Assembly (NCBI GenBank): GCA_964510615.1
Contig: CAZEBA010000015.1
Span: forward strand, 4,588 to 68,587
DNA length: 64,000 nt
Source: an uncultured Gemmatimonadota bacterium
GTDB lineage: Bacteria; Gemmatimonadota; Gemmatimonadetes; Palauibacterales; Palauibacteraceae
Direction: 5' to 3'
The translations under genes and the position numbers were made by a program. Below the pieces are notes generated by a model, which searched no databases, had not been told where the DNA came from, and saw only the letters and a program-made list of their open reading frames with translations. Of the stretch, positions 24,691 through 34,479 are shown piece by piece. The first letter of the stretch is position 1, and each line of letters opens with the position of its first letter.

Positions 24691-26142
24691 ATGATCCGAT
24701 CCGCGACCCTGGCTCTCGTCGCTCTCGCCTTCGCTGCTCGTACCGGATCCGCCCAGGCCCATTCGGGCGAGCATGTGCATGCCGCCGACGCCGCGCTGGC
24801 CGAGGAATCGGTGGGGCTCCTGCAGGAGTATCTTCGCATCGACACGACGAATCCCCCGGGCAACGAGTCTCGTGCGGTCGACTTCTTCGCCCGCATCCTC
24901 GACCGCGAGGGGATCCCGTACGAGATCGCCGAATCGGCTCCGGGAAGGGGCAACATCTGGGCTCGACTGGAGGGCGGAGACGAGCCCGCCCTCCTTCTGC
25001 TGCACCACACCGACGTGGTTCCGGCCGACCCGGCGTACTGGGACCTACCGCCGCTGTCGGGAGAGGTCCGGGACGGCTACCTGTACGGACGCGGAGCTCT
25101 CGACACCAAGACGCTCGGGATCCTGCACCTGCAGGCATTCCTGGCACTTCACCGCTCGGGGCGCGAGCTGAGCCGCGATGTGATCTTCATGGCTACGGCC
25201 GACGAGGAGGCGGGAGGCTTCTACGGCGTCGGCTGGCTGGTCGAGAACCGGCCCGAGGCCTTCGAGGGCGTCGGGTTCGTCCTCAACGAGGGCGGCCGAA
25301 CGCGCGTCACCGAAGCGGGCGCGGAGCAGGTGGGCATCGAGGTCACCCAGAAGGTCCCGGTGTGGCTGCGACTCGTGGCCGGAGGCATTCCGGGACACGG
25401 CTCACGGCCCCGGGCCGAATCGTCGGTCACGAGGCTGCTGGACGCGCTGGACCGCATCCGATCCCACGAGTGGCCACCACGCGTTCACCCGGTCGTGGAT
25501 CGCTATTTCCGCGGCATCTCCGAACGTGCCGGAGAGGAGTGGGCGGAAGCGTTCGTCGACATCGAGGCGGCCTTGCAGGAGCCCGGCTTCCTGGCCCGGC
25601 TGCAGGCGTACGATCCGACGCTGGCCGCCCTCACACGGAACACCTGCTCGATCACGCGCTTGGAGGGAAGCGGCAAGATCAACGTCGTCCCGCCGGTCGC
25701 CGTCGCCGAGCTGGACTGCCGGGTGCTGCCCGACCAGAGCGTGGAAGCCTTCGTCGCCGAGATCCAGCGGCTGGCCGGCGAGGCGGTCGAGGTCGAGACG
25801 ATCATGGCGTTCACGCCCGCCGTCTCGCCCACCGACACGCACGTGTACGCCACTCTCGAAGAGATCATGCAGGAGCGATTCCCGGAGGCCGTGGTCGTGC
25901 CGGCCGTCTCCAGCGGCTTCACCGATAGCCACTTCCTGCGTGATCTCGGGATCGCCGCCTACGGCTACGCGCCGCTCCTCGTGCCGGTACCGGACGCGGC
26001 CGGCGTCCACGGCAACAACGAGCGGATCTCGCTCGATAACGTGCGCCGCGGCACATCGATCATGCTGGAGGTGGTCGAGAGCCTGGCGGCCCCGGAGGGC
26101 CGCCGCTCAGGATCCGAGGACGGAAACGCGCCCCCCGACTGA
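24691..26142 (+). CDS. M20/M25/M40-family metallopeptidase (secreted)
   Basis: 483 aa. It has a signal peptide (MIRSATLALVALAFAARTGSAQA) and the motifs LLLLHHTDVVPA, GRGALDTKT and ATADEEAGG. A GAGGGAGG SD lies upstream. Confidence 0.9.
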   Translation: MIRSATLALVALAFAARTGSAQAHSGEHVHAADAALAEESVGLLQEYLRIDTTNPPGNESRAVDFFARILDREGIPYEIAESAPGRGNIWARLEGGDEPALLLLHHTDVVPADPAYWDLPPLSGEVRDGYLYGRGALDTKTLGILHLQAFLALHRSGRELSRDVIFMATADEEAGGFYGVGWLVENRPEAFEGVGFVLNEGGRTRVTEAGAEQVGIEVTQKVPVWLRLVAGGIPGHGSRPRAESSVTRLLDALDRIRSHEWPPRVHPVVDRYFRGISERAGEEWAEAFVDIEAALQEPGFLARLQAYDPTLAALTRNTCSITRLEGSGKINVVPPVAVAELDCRVLPDQSVEAFVAEIQRLAGEAVEVETIMAFTPAVSPTDTHVYATLEEIMQERFPEAVVVPAVSSGFTDSHFLRDLGIAAYGYAPLLVPVPDAAGVHGNNERISLDNVRRGTSIMLEVVESLAAPEGRRSGSEDGNAPPD

Positions 26143-26148
26143 GGCCGC

Positions 26149-28317
26149 CTACTCCCCTGTATCGACCGGGAAGCCCCGGTCCCGCATCAGCGCATCGATG
26201 GTGGCGTCGCGGCCGCGAAACTCGCGGAACGCATCCGCCGGGTCGATCGAGTTGCGAGGAGCGAACAAGGTGGCGACCAGCCTCGCAGCGACCTCCTGGT
26301 CGTAGAAGCCGCCCGGCGCCGCGGCGAAGGCCTCCGCCACATCGGCGGTGAGTACGTCGGCCCACAGATAGCCGTAGTACCCGGCGGCGTAGCCCTCGCC
26401 GGAGAAGATGTGCGCGAACTGCGGGCTGCGGTGACGCATCGGGATCTCGGGCGGCATGTTCAGCCGGGCCAGCGCCTCGCGCTCGAACGCATCGGGGTCG
26501 ATCCCCGTCGGGTCGGTCGTGTGGTACATCATGTCCACCAGGGCCGATGCCAGATATTCGGTCGTGAGAAACCCCTGATTGAAAGTCGCGGCGGCCTTGA
26601 TCTTGGCCGCCAGCTCGGCCGGCATCGGCCCCCCTGTCTCGTGGTGGACGAGGTAGTTCTCGATCACGGCATCGGTCAGCAGCCAGCGCTCGAGGAGCTG
26701 CGACTGCAGCTCGGTGAAGTCGCGCACGCCGCCGTTGAGCGTCGGGTACTCCACGGCCGACGACAGCGAGTGGAGGGCGTGGCCGAACTCGTGGAACAGC
26801 GTCTCGGCGTCATCCCAGGAGACCAGGATCGGCTCGCCCGGAGAGGCCTTGATGAAGTTCGAGTTGTTGGAGCTCAGCACCGTGCGCTCCCCGTCGAACG
26901 TCTCGTGGCCGCGGTACGTGCTCGCCCAGGCTCCCGATCGCTTGCCGGACCGCGCGTACGGATCGAGATACCAGAGGCCGACCAGTTCGCCCGAGGCCCG
27001 ATCGGTGACCTCCCACACCCTCACGTCCGGGTGGAAGACCGGCACCGAGCCTTCCGTGACCGGCGTGAAACGGAAGCCGAACAGCTCGCCGGCGACGAAG
27101 AACATGGCCTCTTGCAGCTTGTCGAGCTGCAGGTAGTCCTTCACCTCGTCGGAGTCGAGGTCGTACTTGGCCTGGCGGACCTTCTCGGCGTAGTAGCGAT
27201 AGTCCCACGGCTGAATGACGATCCCGGCTCCCTCGGCATCGGCGATCGCCTGCATGTCGGCGACTTCCTCCTGCACGCGCGCCAGCGCCGCCGGCCAGAC
27301 GGCATACATCAGCTCGAACGCCCCCTCCGGCGTCTTGGCCATGCGGTCTTCGAGCCGCCACTCGGCGTAGTTGTCATAGCCGAGCAGGTGCACGCGCTCG
27401 TCCCGGAGCTGCAGGATCCGCGCGATCACGGCGTTGTTGTCGTACTCGTCCCCGTTGTCTCCCCGGTTGTAGTAGGTTCGCCAGACCTGCTCCCGCAGCT
27501 CTCGCTCGTCCGAAAAAGTCAGAAACGGATCCATGGACGAGCGGGTGTTGGTGATCGCGTACTCCCCCTCCCGGCCTCGCTCGGCCGCGGCGGCCGCCGC
27601 CGCGAGCACGAACGACTCCGGCAGGCCGCTCAGCTGGTCCTTCGTCAGGTAGTGGACGTAGCGCTCCTCATCGGCGAGCAGGTTGTTGGCGAACTGGGTC
27701 TGGAGGGCGGCGAGCTCCTTTTCGATCTCCGCGTACCGGGCCTTCGCCTCTCCCTCGAGCGTCGCGCCGTACCGGGCGAATCGGTCGTAGACGAGCCAGA
27801 TCAGCCGCTGCTGGTCGGGCCGCAGCGAGGCCAGTTCATCGCTCTCGTACACGGCCCGCACGCGAGCGAACAGCGCCTCGTTCTGCCGGATCTTCGTGCG
27901 GAACTCCGCCAGCTTCGGGGTCATCTCCCGCTGGATCTCGCGAAACTCGGGCGTGGACAGGTTGCCGCTCCAGATTCCCCAGTAGGCTAGCACGCGATCC
28001 AGCTCACGCTCGGTGCGCTCCAACGCCACGATCGTGTTCTCGAACGTGGGCGGCTCGGGGTCGGCGGCGATGGCGTCGATCTCCTCCAGCGTCCGGGCCA
28101 TGGCGCTCTCGAGCGCCGGCGCCAGCGCAGCCAGCTCCATGCGATCGAACGCCGGCACGCCACCATACGGACCGGACCACTCCGTCAGCAGGACGTTGCT
28201 CACCGAATCCGCATCCCCCGCGCGGCCAACCGGCTCCGCGGGTTCTTCCGCTACTGCCGCGGAAAAGACTGTCGCCACGAGCGCGACGCCTGCCCAATAC
28301 AAGACATTGCCGTACAT
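26149..28317 (-). CDS. dcp: M3-family zinc metallopeptidase, peptidyl-dipeptidase Dcp-like (secreted)
   Basis: 722 aa. It has the HEFGHALH zinc motif and a Dcp-type N-terminal region (LLTEWSGPYGGVPAFD..., PTFENTIVALE). A signal peptide is present. Confidence 0.85.
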   Translation of the reverse strand: MYGNVLYWAGVALVATVFSAAVAEEPAEPVGRAGDADSVSNVLLTEWSGPYGGVPAFDRMELAALAPALESAMARTLEEIDAIAADPEPPTFENTIVALERTERELDRVLAYWGIWSGNLSTPEFREIQREMTPKLAEFRTKIRQNEALFARVRAVYESDELASLRPDQQRLIWLVYDRFARYGATLEGEAKARYAEIEKELAALQTQFANNLLADEERYVHYLTKDQLSGLPESFVLAAAAAAAERGREGEYAITNTRSSMDPFLTFSDERELREQVWRTYYNRGDNGDEYDNNAVIARILQLRDERVHLLGYDNYAEWRLEDRMAKTPEGAFELMYAVWPAALARVQEEVADMQAIADAEGAGIVIQPWDYRYYAEKVRQAKYDLDSDEVKDYLQLDKLQEAMFFVAGELFGFRFTPVTEGSVPVFHPDVRVWEVTDRASGELVGLWYLDPYARSGKRSGAWASTYRGHETFDGERTVLSSNNSNFIKASPGEPILVSWDDAETLFHEFGHALHSLSSAVEYPTLNGGVRDFTELQSQLLERWLLTDAVIENYLVHHETGGPMPAELAAKIKAAATFNQGFLTTEYLASALVDMMYHTTDPTGIDPDAFEREALARLNMPPEIPMRHRSPQFAHIFSGEGYAAGYYGYLWADVLTADVAEAFAAAPGGFYDQEVAARLVATLFAPRNSIDPADAFREFRGRDATIDALMRDRGFPVDTGE

Positions 28318-28588
28318 GGAGATATCTCCCTCGATCTCACCTGCGGATGCCGCTCTTTCACCAAAAGACTCGGGCTAAGGATGCAACGCGAGCCGTGGCC
28401 GCGCCTGTCGGGAAGAGTCTGTCCGTCCCTGTGGGGATTCACCGTAGGGGAGCCAAGTCGGCCAGCGCCAGAAGCCGGAACCCCCCGCCCAGGCTCCGCG
28501 TTTTGTAGGAGGATGTCGATCGAACCGCTCGCATCCGTCGGAAGGTTGGATGCGGGGACGGGAGGTGGAGGACGAGGGGAGGAGGCGG

Positions 28589-29077
28589 ATGATGGGTGCA
28601 CTTAGACGGCGAAGCCCCGTGGGCGGGGTCTTCGTGATGGTGTGGCTCGCGCTGGTGCCGGCGGCCGCGAAGGGTCAGGATGGCGGGCCGTCGCTCAAGG
28701 AGGCGGTTCAGCTCCACTTCTCTGCCGGCGACCTCACCGCGGCACGGGAGCTGTCGGTGCTCACCGGCGATTACGCTCTCGCCAACCAGGACTACGTAAC
28801 GGCCGCCCAGGCGTATCTCGACGCGGCGTGGATCGCCATCGAGGCGGCAAGGCGCTTCGACCGGCCTGCTCGCCATCCCTACCTGGCCGCGCTTCGGTAC
28901 GGCGTCGCCGAGCGCTATGCGGAACTCGACAGGAAGCGGGCCGATCTCGTAGACGAGGCTAACCGGCTGGCCACACGGGCGCGCGGGCTCGCCGGGTCGC
29001 AGGCGATCGGAGACACCGATCGGGCGCAGATCCTCGGCCGGGTGGAGGCGCTGGGCACGCTGGCGTCAGCCCGGTAG
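28589..29077 (+). CDS. hypothetical secreted protein
   Basis: The ATG at 28589 is preceded by GGGGAGGAGG. The product starts MMGALRRRSPVGGVFVMVWLALVPAAAKG (signal peptide) and is helical and Ala-rich. No family was recognised. Confidence 0.5.
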   Translation: MMGALRRRSPVGGVFVMVWLALVPAAAKGQDGGPSLKEAVQLHFSAGDLTAARELSVLTGDYALANQDYVTAAQAYLDAAWIAIEAARRFDRPARHPYLAALRYGVAERYAELDRKRADLVDEANRLATRARGLAGSQAIGDTDRAQILGRVEALGTLASAR

Positions 29078-29160
29078 CCGGGGCTCACGGCGGCTCAGCA
29101 ACCGGAATTCACGTCAGCCCAGGCGGAGCTGGAACCCGCACTCCTGCCGGGTGCGCATCT

Positions 29161-29796
29161 TCAGGGCCCGGTGGGGGCCGCCGTGGACGTGTCGGAGTCG
29201 ACGGCTACATGCAGGCCGACGAACTCCGCGAAGTTGGTGATGTTCTCGGCCGAGAACTGGCGTTCGACGTGGCCGCCGATGCCGTCCAGGCGTATGGTCA
29301 CCTGGCGGGCCGCGGCGATCTCCCGCAGCTCGACGTCGGTTATGGGTGCCCAGTAGAGCTCGAGGTACACGCAGCCGAAGGCCTCGGAGATCCCGAGTGA
29401 CCGCTCCGCAGCGGTCTGCTCCGGACAGGCCATCTGGGCGTCCATGACCTCGAGATCGTCGACCTCCCAGATACTGTCGTCGACCCATAGCGTCATCGTC
29501 TGGGGACGGACCGCCTTGCTCCCTCGCAGCTCCAGCCAGAGGACGTAGCGGGCCCCCTCCAACTCTTCGACTTTGGCCCCGTTGACCGCGAGGCTGTTCG
29601 ACATGCCGCGGTCGATCTTGATCTCGTTTCCCTGCATGCGGGTCACACGCCGGTCGAGATCGGGATACAGATCCACGGTGACGGGCTTGGCGCACGCGGA
29701 TGCGATGCAGGAGAGGATCACCCCGGCGAGGAGGCTCGACCGCCCCCCGGCTGTGCCTGAACCAATAGCAGCAGGTATCACACCGACCGCCCGCAT
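29161..29796 (-). CDS. hypothetical lipoprotein
   Basis: These are the last 211 codons of track ORF 29161..30249. The product begins MRAVGVIPAAIGSGTAGGRSSLLAGVILSCIASAC and has ordinary composition, unlike the Arg/Pro-rich upstream part of the ORF. Confidence 0.6.
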   Translation of the reverse strand: MRAVGVIPAAIGSGTAGGRSSLLAGVILSCIASACAKPVTVDLYPDLDRRVTRMQGNEIKIDRGMSNSLAVNGAKVEELEGARYVLWLELRGSKAVRPQTMTLWVDDSIWEVDDLEVMDAQMACPEQTAAERSLGISEAFGCVYLELYWAPITDVELREIAAARQVTIRLDGIGGHVERQFSAENITNFAEFVGLHVAVDSDTSTAAPTGP

Positions 29797-29888
29797 CGTC
29801 GTCGACCTGCCCTCGAAAGCCTGATCCCAAAGGGAATTGTCTGCTCCGAACGCACGGAGCGCAACCCGCGGCGGCCTCTGGGATTCGC

Positions 29889-31136
29889 TCACAGTCCCGG
29901 TCGCGAGAACACGACGCCATGCGGGATCGCGGGGGCTTCCGGCGTGCCGATCAGCACGCCGGGCGTGGCCGCGCCGGGCGACCGGAAGTCCTCGACGACG
30001 CTCAATACGCCGGTCTCCCGGTCCAGGCGCAAAAGGAGGACCCGGCCGCCGAGCGAGCCGGCTCCCGTGAGGGCGATACGATCGCCGCCCGGCTCGGCCG
30101 AGACCCAGTGGGTCAGGGCGTCCTCGCCGAGAAAGAGCTCGTCGACCAGCTCGGGCCGGAGCGGATCGGACAAGTCGAGCACCGCCAGCGAGCCGGTCGA
30201 CTGGACCGTCTGGACCCAGTACCGGCCCATCACGACGGGCAGGCCGCACTCGTCACCCTCTTCGTAGCTGGTCCAGGGGAATGTCCAGACGAGGTGCGGC
30301 GAGGGCCGATCCGTGAGCCAACCCTCCAGCACGTACATGCCGCAGCGAAACGTCGTCACCACGAGCGTCTCGCCGTCGGCCAGCAGCCGCGCTTCCGCCA
30401 CGTCCAGGTTCTCGTCTCCCCGGGGGCCCGGCGGCAGCGGCACCGTGTGGAGCAGGGCCAGATCGGGCCAGCGCCAGAGCTGGACCGACCGGCCGGCCAG
30501 CACGCCGCGCATATCGGCCGTCGTCGTCACCACGCGCCCCCGGTCGGCGAGCACCGTGACGCTGTACGGGAGCAGATCCGGGTCGGCCGGATCGGCGGCG
30601 TCCGCCGCCCGCGCCAGGTTGCCGAGCGAATCCAGCTGGACCAGCCCGCCGGCCGCGGTTCGATCGTCTCCCTTGTTCTGGAACGTCGCCAGCACGCCAC
30701 CCGCCGGGGTCCGGTCGAAGCTGTGCGGAAAGGCATACGGCCCGGCGGTCGTGAACGAGGCCTCGAGCTTCGGCGCCAGGGGATTCGAGAGGTCGAACAC
30801 GAACGTCCGGCCCGCGTTGAACGCGTTGGCGAACAGCCGGCCGCCCGCCGGCATGACGTGCTCGGTGTGATGGGCCCGCCCGAGGCCGTTGGCCGGCGCC
30901 GTGGCGAGGATCCGGCCGTAGTCGGGCGAGCCCGGATCGGCGCCGACCACCGACAGGAACGAGGGCTCGGTCGAGTCGGCCGGGGCGGCCCAGACGAACA
31001 GGTACTCGCTCCCTCCGGAGCCCTCACCGCTCGCGGCGGACCCTCGCGCGCCTTCGTCGGCCGCTCCGGCGCAGCCGAGCGTCAGGGCGGAGCCGGTAGC
31101 GAGCATGACGATCCATTCAATCCGAGCCTGTCGCAT
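29889..31136 (-). CDS. beta-propeller lipoprotein distantly resembling the 56-kDa selenium-binding protein (SBP56 / methanethiol oxidase) family
   Basis: Track ORF 29889..31157. The ATG at 31136 gives MRQARIEWIVMLATGSALTLGC (lipobox). The stretch SFLSVVGADPGSPDYGRILATAPANGLGRAHHTEH...RLFANAFNAGRTFVFDLSNPLAPKL parallels SBP56 YLATVDVDPKSPQY.QVIHRLPMP...ELHHSGW...SRIYVVDV...P.APKL. Confidence 0.5.
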   Translation of the reverse strand: MRQARIEWIVMLATGSALTLGCAGAADEGARGSAASGEGSGGSEYLFVWAAPADSTEPSFLSVVGADPGSPDYGRILATAPANGLGRAHHTEHVMPAGGRLFANAFNAGRTFVFDLSNPLAPKLEASFTTAGPYAFPHSFDRTPAGGVLATFQNKGDDRTAAGGLVQLDSLGNLARAADAADPADPDLLPYSVTVLADRGRVVTTTADMRGVLAGRSVQLWRWPDLALLHTVPLPPGPRGDENLDVAEARLLADGETLVVTTFRCGMYVLEGWLTDRPSPHLVWTFPWTSYEEGDECGLPVVMGRYWVQTVQSTGSLAVLDLSDPLRPELVDELFLGEDALTHWVSAEPGGDRIALTGAGSLGGRVLLLRLDRETGVLSVVEDFRSPGAATPGVLIGTPEAPAIPHGVVFSRPGL

Positions 31137-32715
31137 CTTCTTCCGAATCCGTCGCATCGCCCTCCATCCCCATCGCGTGGAGCACCGCCGCCTTCAGCCG
31201 GCTGCGCATGTCGTCGAGCACCCCGGCCAGTCGCGGATCGGCGGCCAGATTCCGGGTCTCGTAGGGATCCTCGACGAGATCGTACAGCTCGACCTCGTCG
31301 GGATGGTGGATCCAGTGGACGTACTTGTACCGCTTCGTGCGCAGGGCACGATAATCCATGTCGAGCAGCCACGGAAACGGGTTCTCGTACGTGTAGAACT
31401 CGATCAGCACCGACTCGCGCCCGTCGCTCGCGTCTCCCCGCAGGAGCGGCACGAGCGAGCGGCCCTGGATCCGATTCCCGATCGGCACGCCGGCGACCTC
31501 GAGCACCGTGGGCGCGATGTCGACCGAAGTCACCAGCTCGTCGATCCTCGCTCCGGGCTCGGCCAATGGGGGATATCGCACCAGGAGCGGCATGCGGATC
31601 GATTCCTCGTACGGGAGCCGACGTTCGATCGAGAGACCGTGCTCGCCGTAGAAGTAACCGTTGTCGCTGGTGAAAAGAACGAACGTGTCGTCCAGGATCC
31701 CCAGGGCTTCGAGAGTGCCGAGGATCCTTCCCAGGCCCTCATCGACCGCGAGCAGCATCTCCGAGCGCCGCCGGATCGTTTCCTCGCCGGCCCCCGGGTC
31801 GAGCTCCTCCTCGCCGAACATCTCGATCACTTCGGCGGACTGCTTCTCCTCGAGCGCTCGCCGGAGCGCCGGCTTGCCGCGCAGCTCCTCGGGTCCCGAG
31901 ACGACGTTCGCGCGGCGCGGGAAGACCTCCTGTTCGTACTGCCCCAGGTGCCGCGGCGCGGGAACGAACCGGCGCGGCTGGGAAAGGTCGACCGAGCCGT
32001 CGTCCAGCTGCACCGCGTCAGGATGGATCGCCTTGTGGCCCATGTAGAGGAAGAAGGGCCCGTCCCGGTGCCGGTCGATGAACGAGATCGCTCGGTCGGT
32101 GAGAATGTCAGTGATGTATCCCTCGACGGTGTGGATCCGCCCGTCCTCGTACAGCTCAGGATCGATGGTCCTTCCCTGCCCCGGAATGGCGGCCCATTCG
32201 TCGAAGCCAGGACGCGGCGTCGGGTCGTTGCCCATGTGCCACTTGCCGAGGAAGCCCGTGGCGTACCCTGCTCGCTGCAGCTCCCGGGGGAAGGTCTCGA
32301 GCCGGTGGCTCATCCGGTTGCGCGCGACGTTGTCGATGATCCCGTGGCGAGAGGGGTATTGGCCCGTCAGGATGCTGGCGCGGTTGGGGGAGCAGAGTGG
32401 CACCGCATGGAAGGCGTTGGCGAAGCGCGCGCCGTCCCGCGCCAGGCCGTCGATGGCCGGGGTCTCGAGGTAGGCGTGGCCGGCTCCGCCCCACTCGTCC
32501 CAGCGCCAATCATCGACGACGATGACGATGATGTTGGGACGGCCGCCGCGAGCGTCGGCCCGGACCTCCTCGTCCGGAACCGAGGTGCCTCCATCCTCGA
32601 CTCCGGCCTCCTCCCGATCCGCCTCCGGCCCTCCGCAGGCCGCAAGGCAGAGCACGGCCGCCATGCTGACCACGGTCGCGGCCGATGCGAGGCGCAGCCC
32701 GGCGAGAAGCTTCAA
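31117..32715 (-). CDS. formylglycine-dependent sulfatase (arylsulfatase / N-acetylglucosamine-6-sulfatase-like), lipoprotein
   Basis: 532 aa. It has the sulfatase signature PLCSPNRASILTGQYPSRHG (CxPxR) and the block NIIVIVVDDWRWDEWG. The lipobox is CLAAC. Confidence 0.9.
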   Translation of the reverse strand: MKLLAGLRLASAATVVSMAAVLCLAACGGPEADREEAGVEDGGTSVPDEEVRADARGGRPNIIVIVVDDWRWDEWGGAGHAYLETPAIDGLARDGARFANAFHAVPLCSPNRASILTGQYPSRHGIIDNVARNRMSHRLETFPRELQRAGYATGFLGKWHMGNDPTPRPGFDEWAAIPGQGRTIDPELYEDGRIHTVEGYITDILTDRAISFIDRHRDGPFFLYMGHKAIHPDAVQLDDGSVDLSQPRRFVPAPRHLGQYEQEVFPRRANVVSGPEELRGKPALRRALEEKQSAEVIEMFGEEELDPGAGEETIRRRSEMLLAVDEGLGRILGTLEALGILDDTFVLFTSDNGYFYGEHGLSIERRLPYEESIRMPLLVRYPPLAEPGARIDELVTSVDIAPTVLEVAGVPIGNRIQGRSLVPLLRGDASDGRESVLIEFYTYENPFPWLLDMDYRALRTKRYKYVHWIHHPDEVELYDLVEDPYETRNLAADPRLAGVLDDMRSRLKAAVLHAMGMEGDATDSEEDATGSD

Positions 32716-32820
32716 TGGCGGGCCTCCTATTCGACCTGTCTCGGCGATGTGCCCCTACGGCCCGGGGCACCCATCTTACGTTCTGCGCCGCCGCGCTCAC
32801 AACGAGGGAGGTTTTCGCAC

Positions 32821-33978
32821 ATGACACGCACCCTGATTCTCGGCGCCGGCTTCGGCGGCCTCACGGTCGCAACGGAGCTTCGGGAGCTCCTGGGATCGGA
32901 CGCGGAGCACGAGATCGTGCTCGTGGATCGGCGTCCGCACTTCCTGATGGGACTCCGGAAGCTGTGGGCCCTCGTCGGGCTCGGGAGCCTAGAAGAGGGA
33001 AGCCGGCCGCGCGAGCGGCTCGCTCGGCGAGGGTTCCGCTTCGTCCAGGAGCAGGTCCGGACGATCGATCCCGGGAGGCGGGCCGCGGAGACCGACTCGG
33101 GCTGGATCGAGGCCGACCATCTCGTCGTCGCCCTCGGAGCGGAGCCTCGCCCCGACCTGGTGCCCGGGCTGGCGGAGCACGGCCACAACGTCTGGGAGGC
33201 GGCGGCCGTCCCGGCCCTGAAAGAGGCGCTGGATGGGCTCGATGAGGGACGGATCGCGATCATGATCGCCGGGGTGCCCTACACCTGCCCGCCGGCGCCG
33301 TACGAGTGCGCGATGCTGCTGGACGGCCACCTGAGAGAGCAGGGCCGGCGCGACCGGATCCGGCTCTCCGTCACCACGTTGCAGCCGCTGCTGATGCCGA
33401 ACGCCGGGGTGGAGGGCTCGAGGTGGCTGGGTGAGCAGCTCGACGCACGGCAGATCGAGCACCGGACGGGCCGGAGGGTCGAGCGGGTGGAGGCCGACCG
33501 GGTCGTCTATCCCGACGGCGAGCTGCCGTTCCACCTGCTGATCGGCGTCCCGCCCCACCGGCCGCCGGCCGTCGTGGCCGAGAGCGGCCTCACTGGAGAG
33601 GCCCTCTGGGTGACGGTCGACCCCGGGACGCTGCGGACCTTCTACGATGGCGTGTACGCGATCGGCGACGTGACGATGATCAAGCTCGCCAACGGCCTTC
33701 CCCTGCCGAAGGCGGGCGTGATGGCCGAGCTCGAGGGCCGGATCGTGGCCTCGGCGATCGCCGCTGAGCTCCGGGGAGCAGAGCCACCGGCCCCCTTCGA
33801 CGGGCAGGGCTTCTGCTTCATGGAGATGGGCAAGGCCAGCGCCACTCTGATCGAGGGCGACTTCTTCGCCGCGCCGGAGCCCCGGATCCGTCTCGGCGAC
33901 GTCTCCCGGGCTCACGCCCGCGAGAAGCACCGCTTCGAGGCGGAGCGGCTGGAGCGCTGGTTCGGCCAGCCGGCCTGA
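32821..33978 (+). CDS. FAD-dependent pyridine-nucleotide-disulfide oxidoreductase, sulfide:quinone oxidoreductase (SQR)-like
   Basis: This is the 3' part of the 957-aa track ORF 31105..33978. The ATG at 32821 gives MTRTLILGAGFGGLTVA (GxGxxG). It also has VPYTCPPAPYECA and YAIGDV motifs. Confidence 0.8.
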   Translation: MTRTLILGAGFGGLTVATELRELLGSDAEHEIVLVDRRPHFLMGLRKLWALVGLGSLEEGSRPRERLARRGFRFVQEQVRTIDPGRRAAETDSGWIEADHLVVALGAEPRPDLVPGLAEHGHNVWEAAAVPALKEALDGLDEGRIAIMIAGVPYTCPPAPYECAMLLDGHLREQGRRDRIRLSVTTLQPLLMPNAGVEGSRWLGEQLDARQIEHRTGRRVERVEADRVVYPDGELPFHLLIGVPPHRPPAVVAESGLTGEALWVTVDPGTLRTFYDGVYAIGDVTMIKLANGLPLPKAGVMAELEGRIVASAIAAELRGAEPPAPFDGQGFCFMEMGKASATLIEGDFFAAPEPRIRLGDVSRAHAREKHRFEAERLERWFGQPA

Positions 33979-34012
33979 AACGAGCCGTCTCAGCTCAGGG
34001 CGGCGCGCGGCT

Positions 34013-34303
34013 TCAGCTCAAGCCGGACAGGGCCCGGCGCAGGTCCTCGATGTTCATCACCGGCAGGAACTCCACTTCCGCCTCGAGCTGCTGGAAGAGC
34101 GGCTCGGCGATCTGCGGGATCTGGGCAGGATCCGTCATGTCAAAGACCACCATTCCGCTGCGCTCCCCCCTCTCGGGGAAGAAGTAGGCCGCCTCCGGGT
34201 CCAGCCGTTCGAGCACGTTCTCGACCGCTTGGATCAGCGAGCCATCGGCGATCGCGTCGTTGCCCTTCCGGGCCGGAACCGTCCACCGGAACATCATGCG
34301 CAT
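34013..34303 (-). CDS. small hypothetical protein (DUF3303-like alpha/beta)
   Basis: These are the last 96 codons of track ORF 34013..34591: MRMMFRWTVPARKGNDAIADGSLIQAVENVLERLDPEAAYFFPERGERSGMVVFDMTDPAQIPQIAEPLFQQLEAEVEFLPVMNIEDL. The upstream part of the ORF is Arg-rich junk. Confidence 0.55.
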   Translation of the reverse strand: MRMMFRWTVPARKGNDAIADGSLIQAVENVLERLDPEAAYFFPERGERSGMVVFDMTDPAQIPQIAEPLFQQLEAEVEFLPVMNIEDLRRALSGLS

Positions 34304-34337
34304 CGTGACCCCCTCGCCTTCGGATGTCGTACGGGCC

Positions 34338-34382
34338 GGCCGCGACCCGCGCGTCCACTTCCACGTGGCCGCGACCCGCGCG
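34338..34382. repeat. 16-nt perfect direct repeat GGCCGCGACCCGCGCG x2 (29-nt period) upstream of the small gene
   Basis: The copies lie at 34338..34353 and 34367..34382, inside the 291-nt non-coding gap 34304..34594. Confidence 0.8.
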
Positions 34383-34454
34383 CCCAAGGCCCTACATCTA
34401 ACGGCGCACCGGTCTCGGCCCGCAAGGGCTCCGGAGGCGCAGCGCTGGAACTCG

Positions 34455-34479
34455 GGGCGGACCCGGCTAGGGTCCGCCC
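34455..34479 (-). terminator. GC-rich hairpin downstream of the 1035-aa lipoprotein gene (possible intrinsic terminator, no U-tract)
   Basis: GGGCGGACCC-ggcta-GGGTCCGCCC is a perfect 10-bp stem with a 5-nt loop. It lies about 115 nt after the stop at 34595. Confidence 0.4.

Noticed and set aside
33979-34012. Possible terminator hairpins in short convergent gaps (33979..34012, 43171..43205, 9908..9919).
   Set aside because: Only 5-bp stems with long loops, or a trivial 8-nt palindrome (GCCCGGGC). This is not distinguishable from chance in GC-rich DNA.
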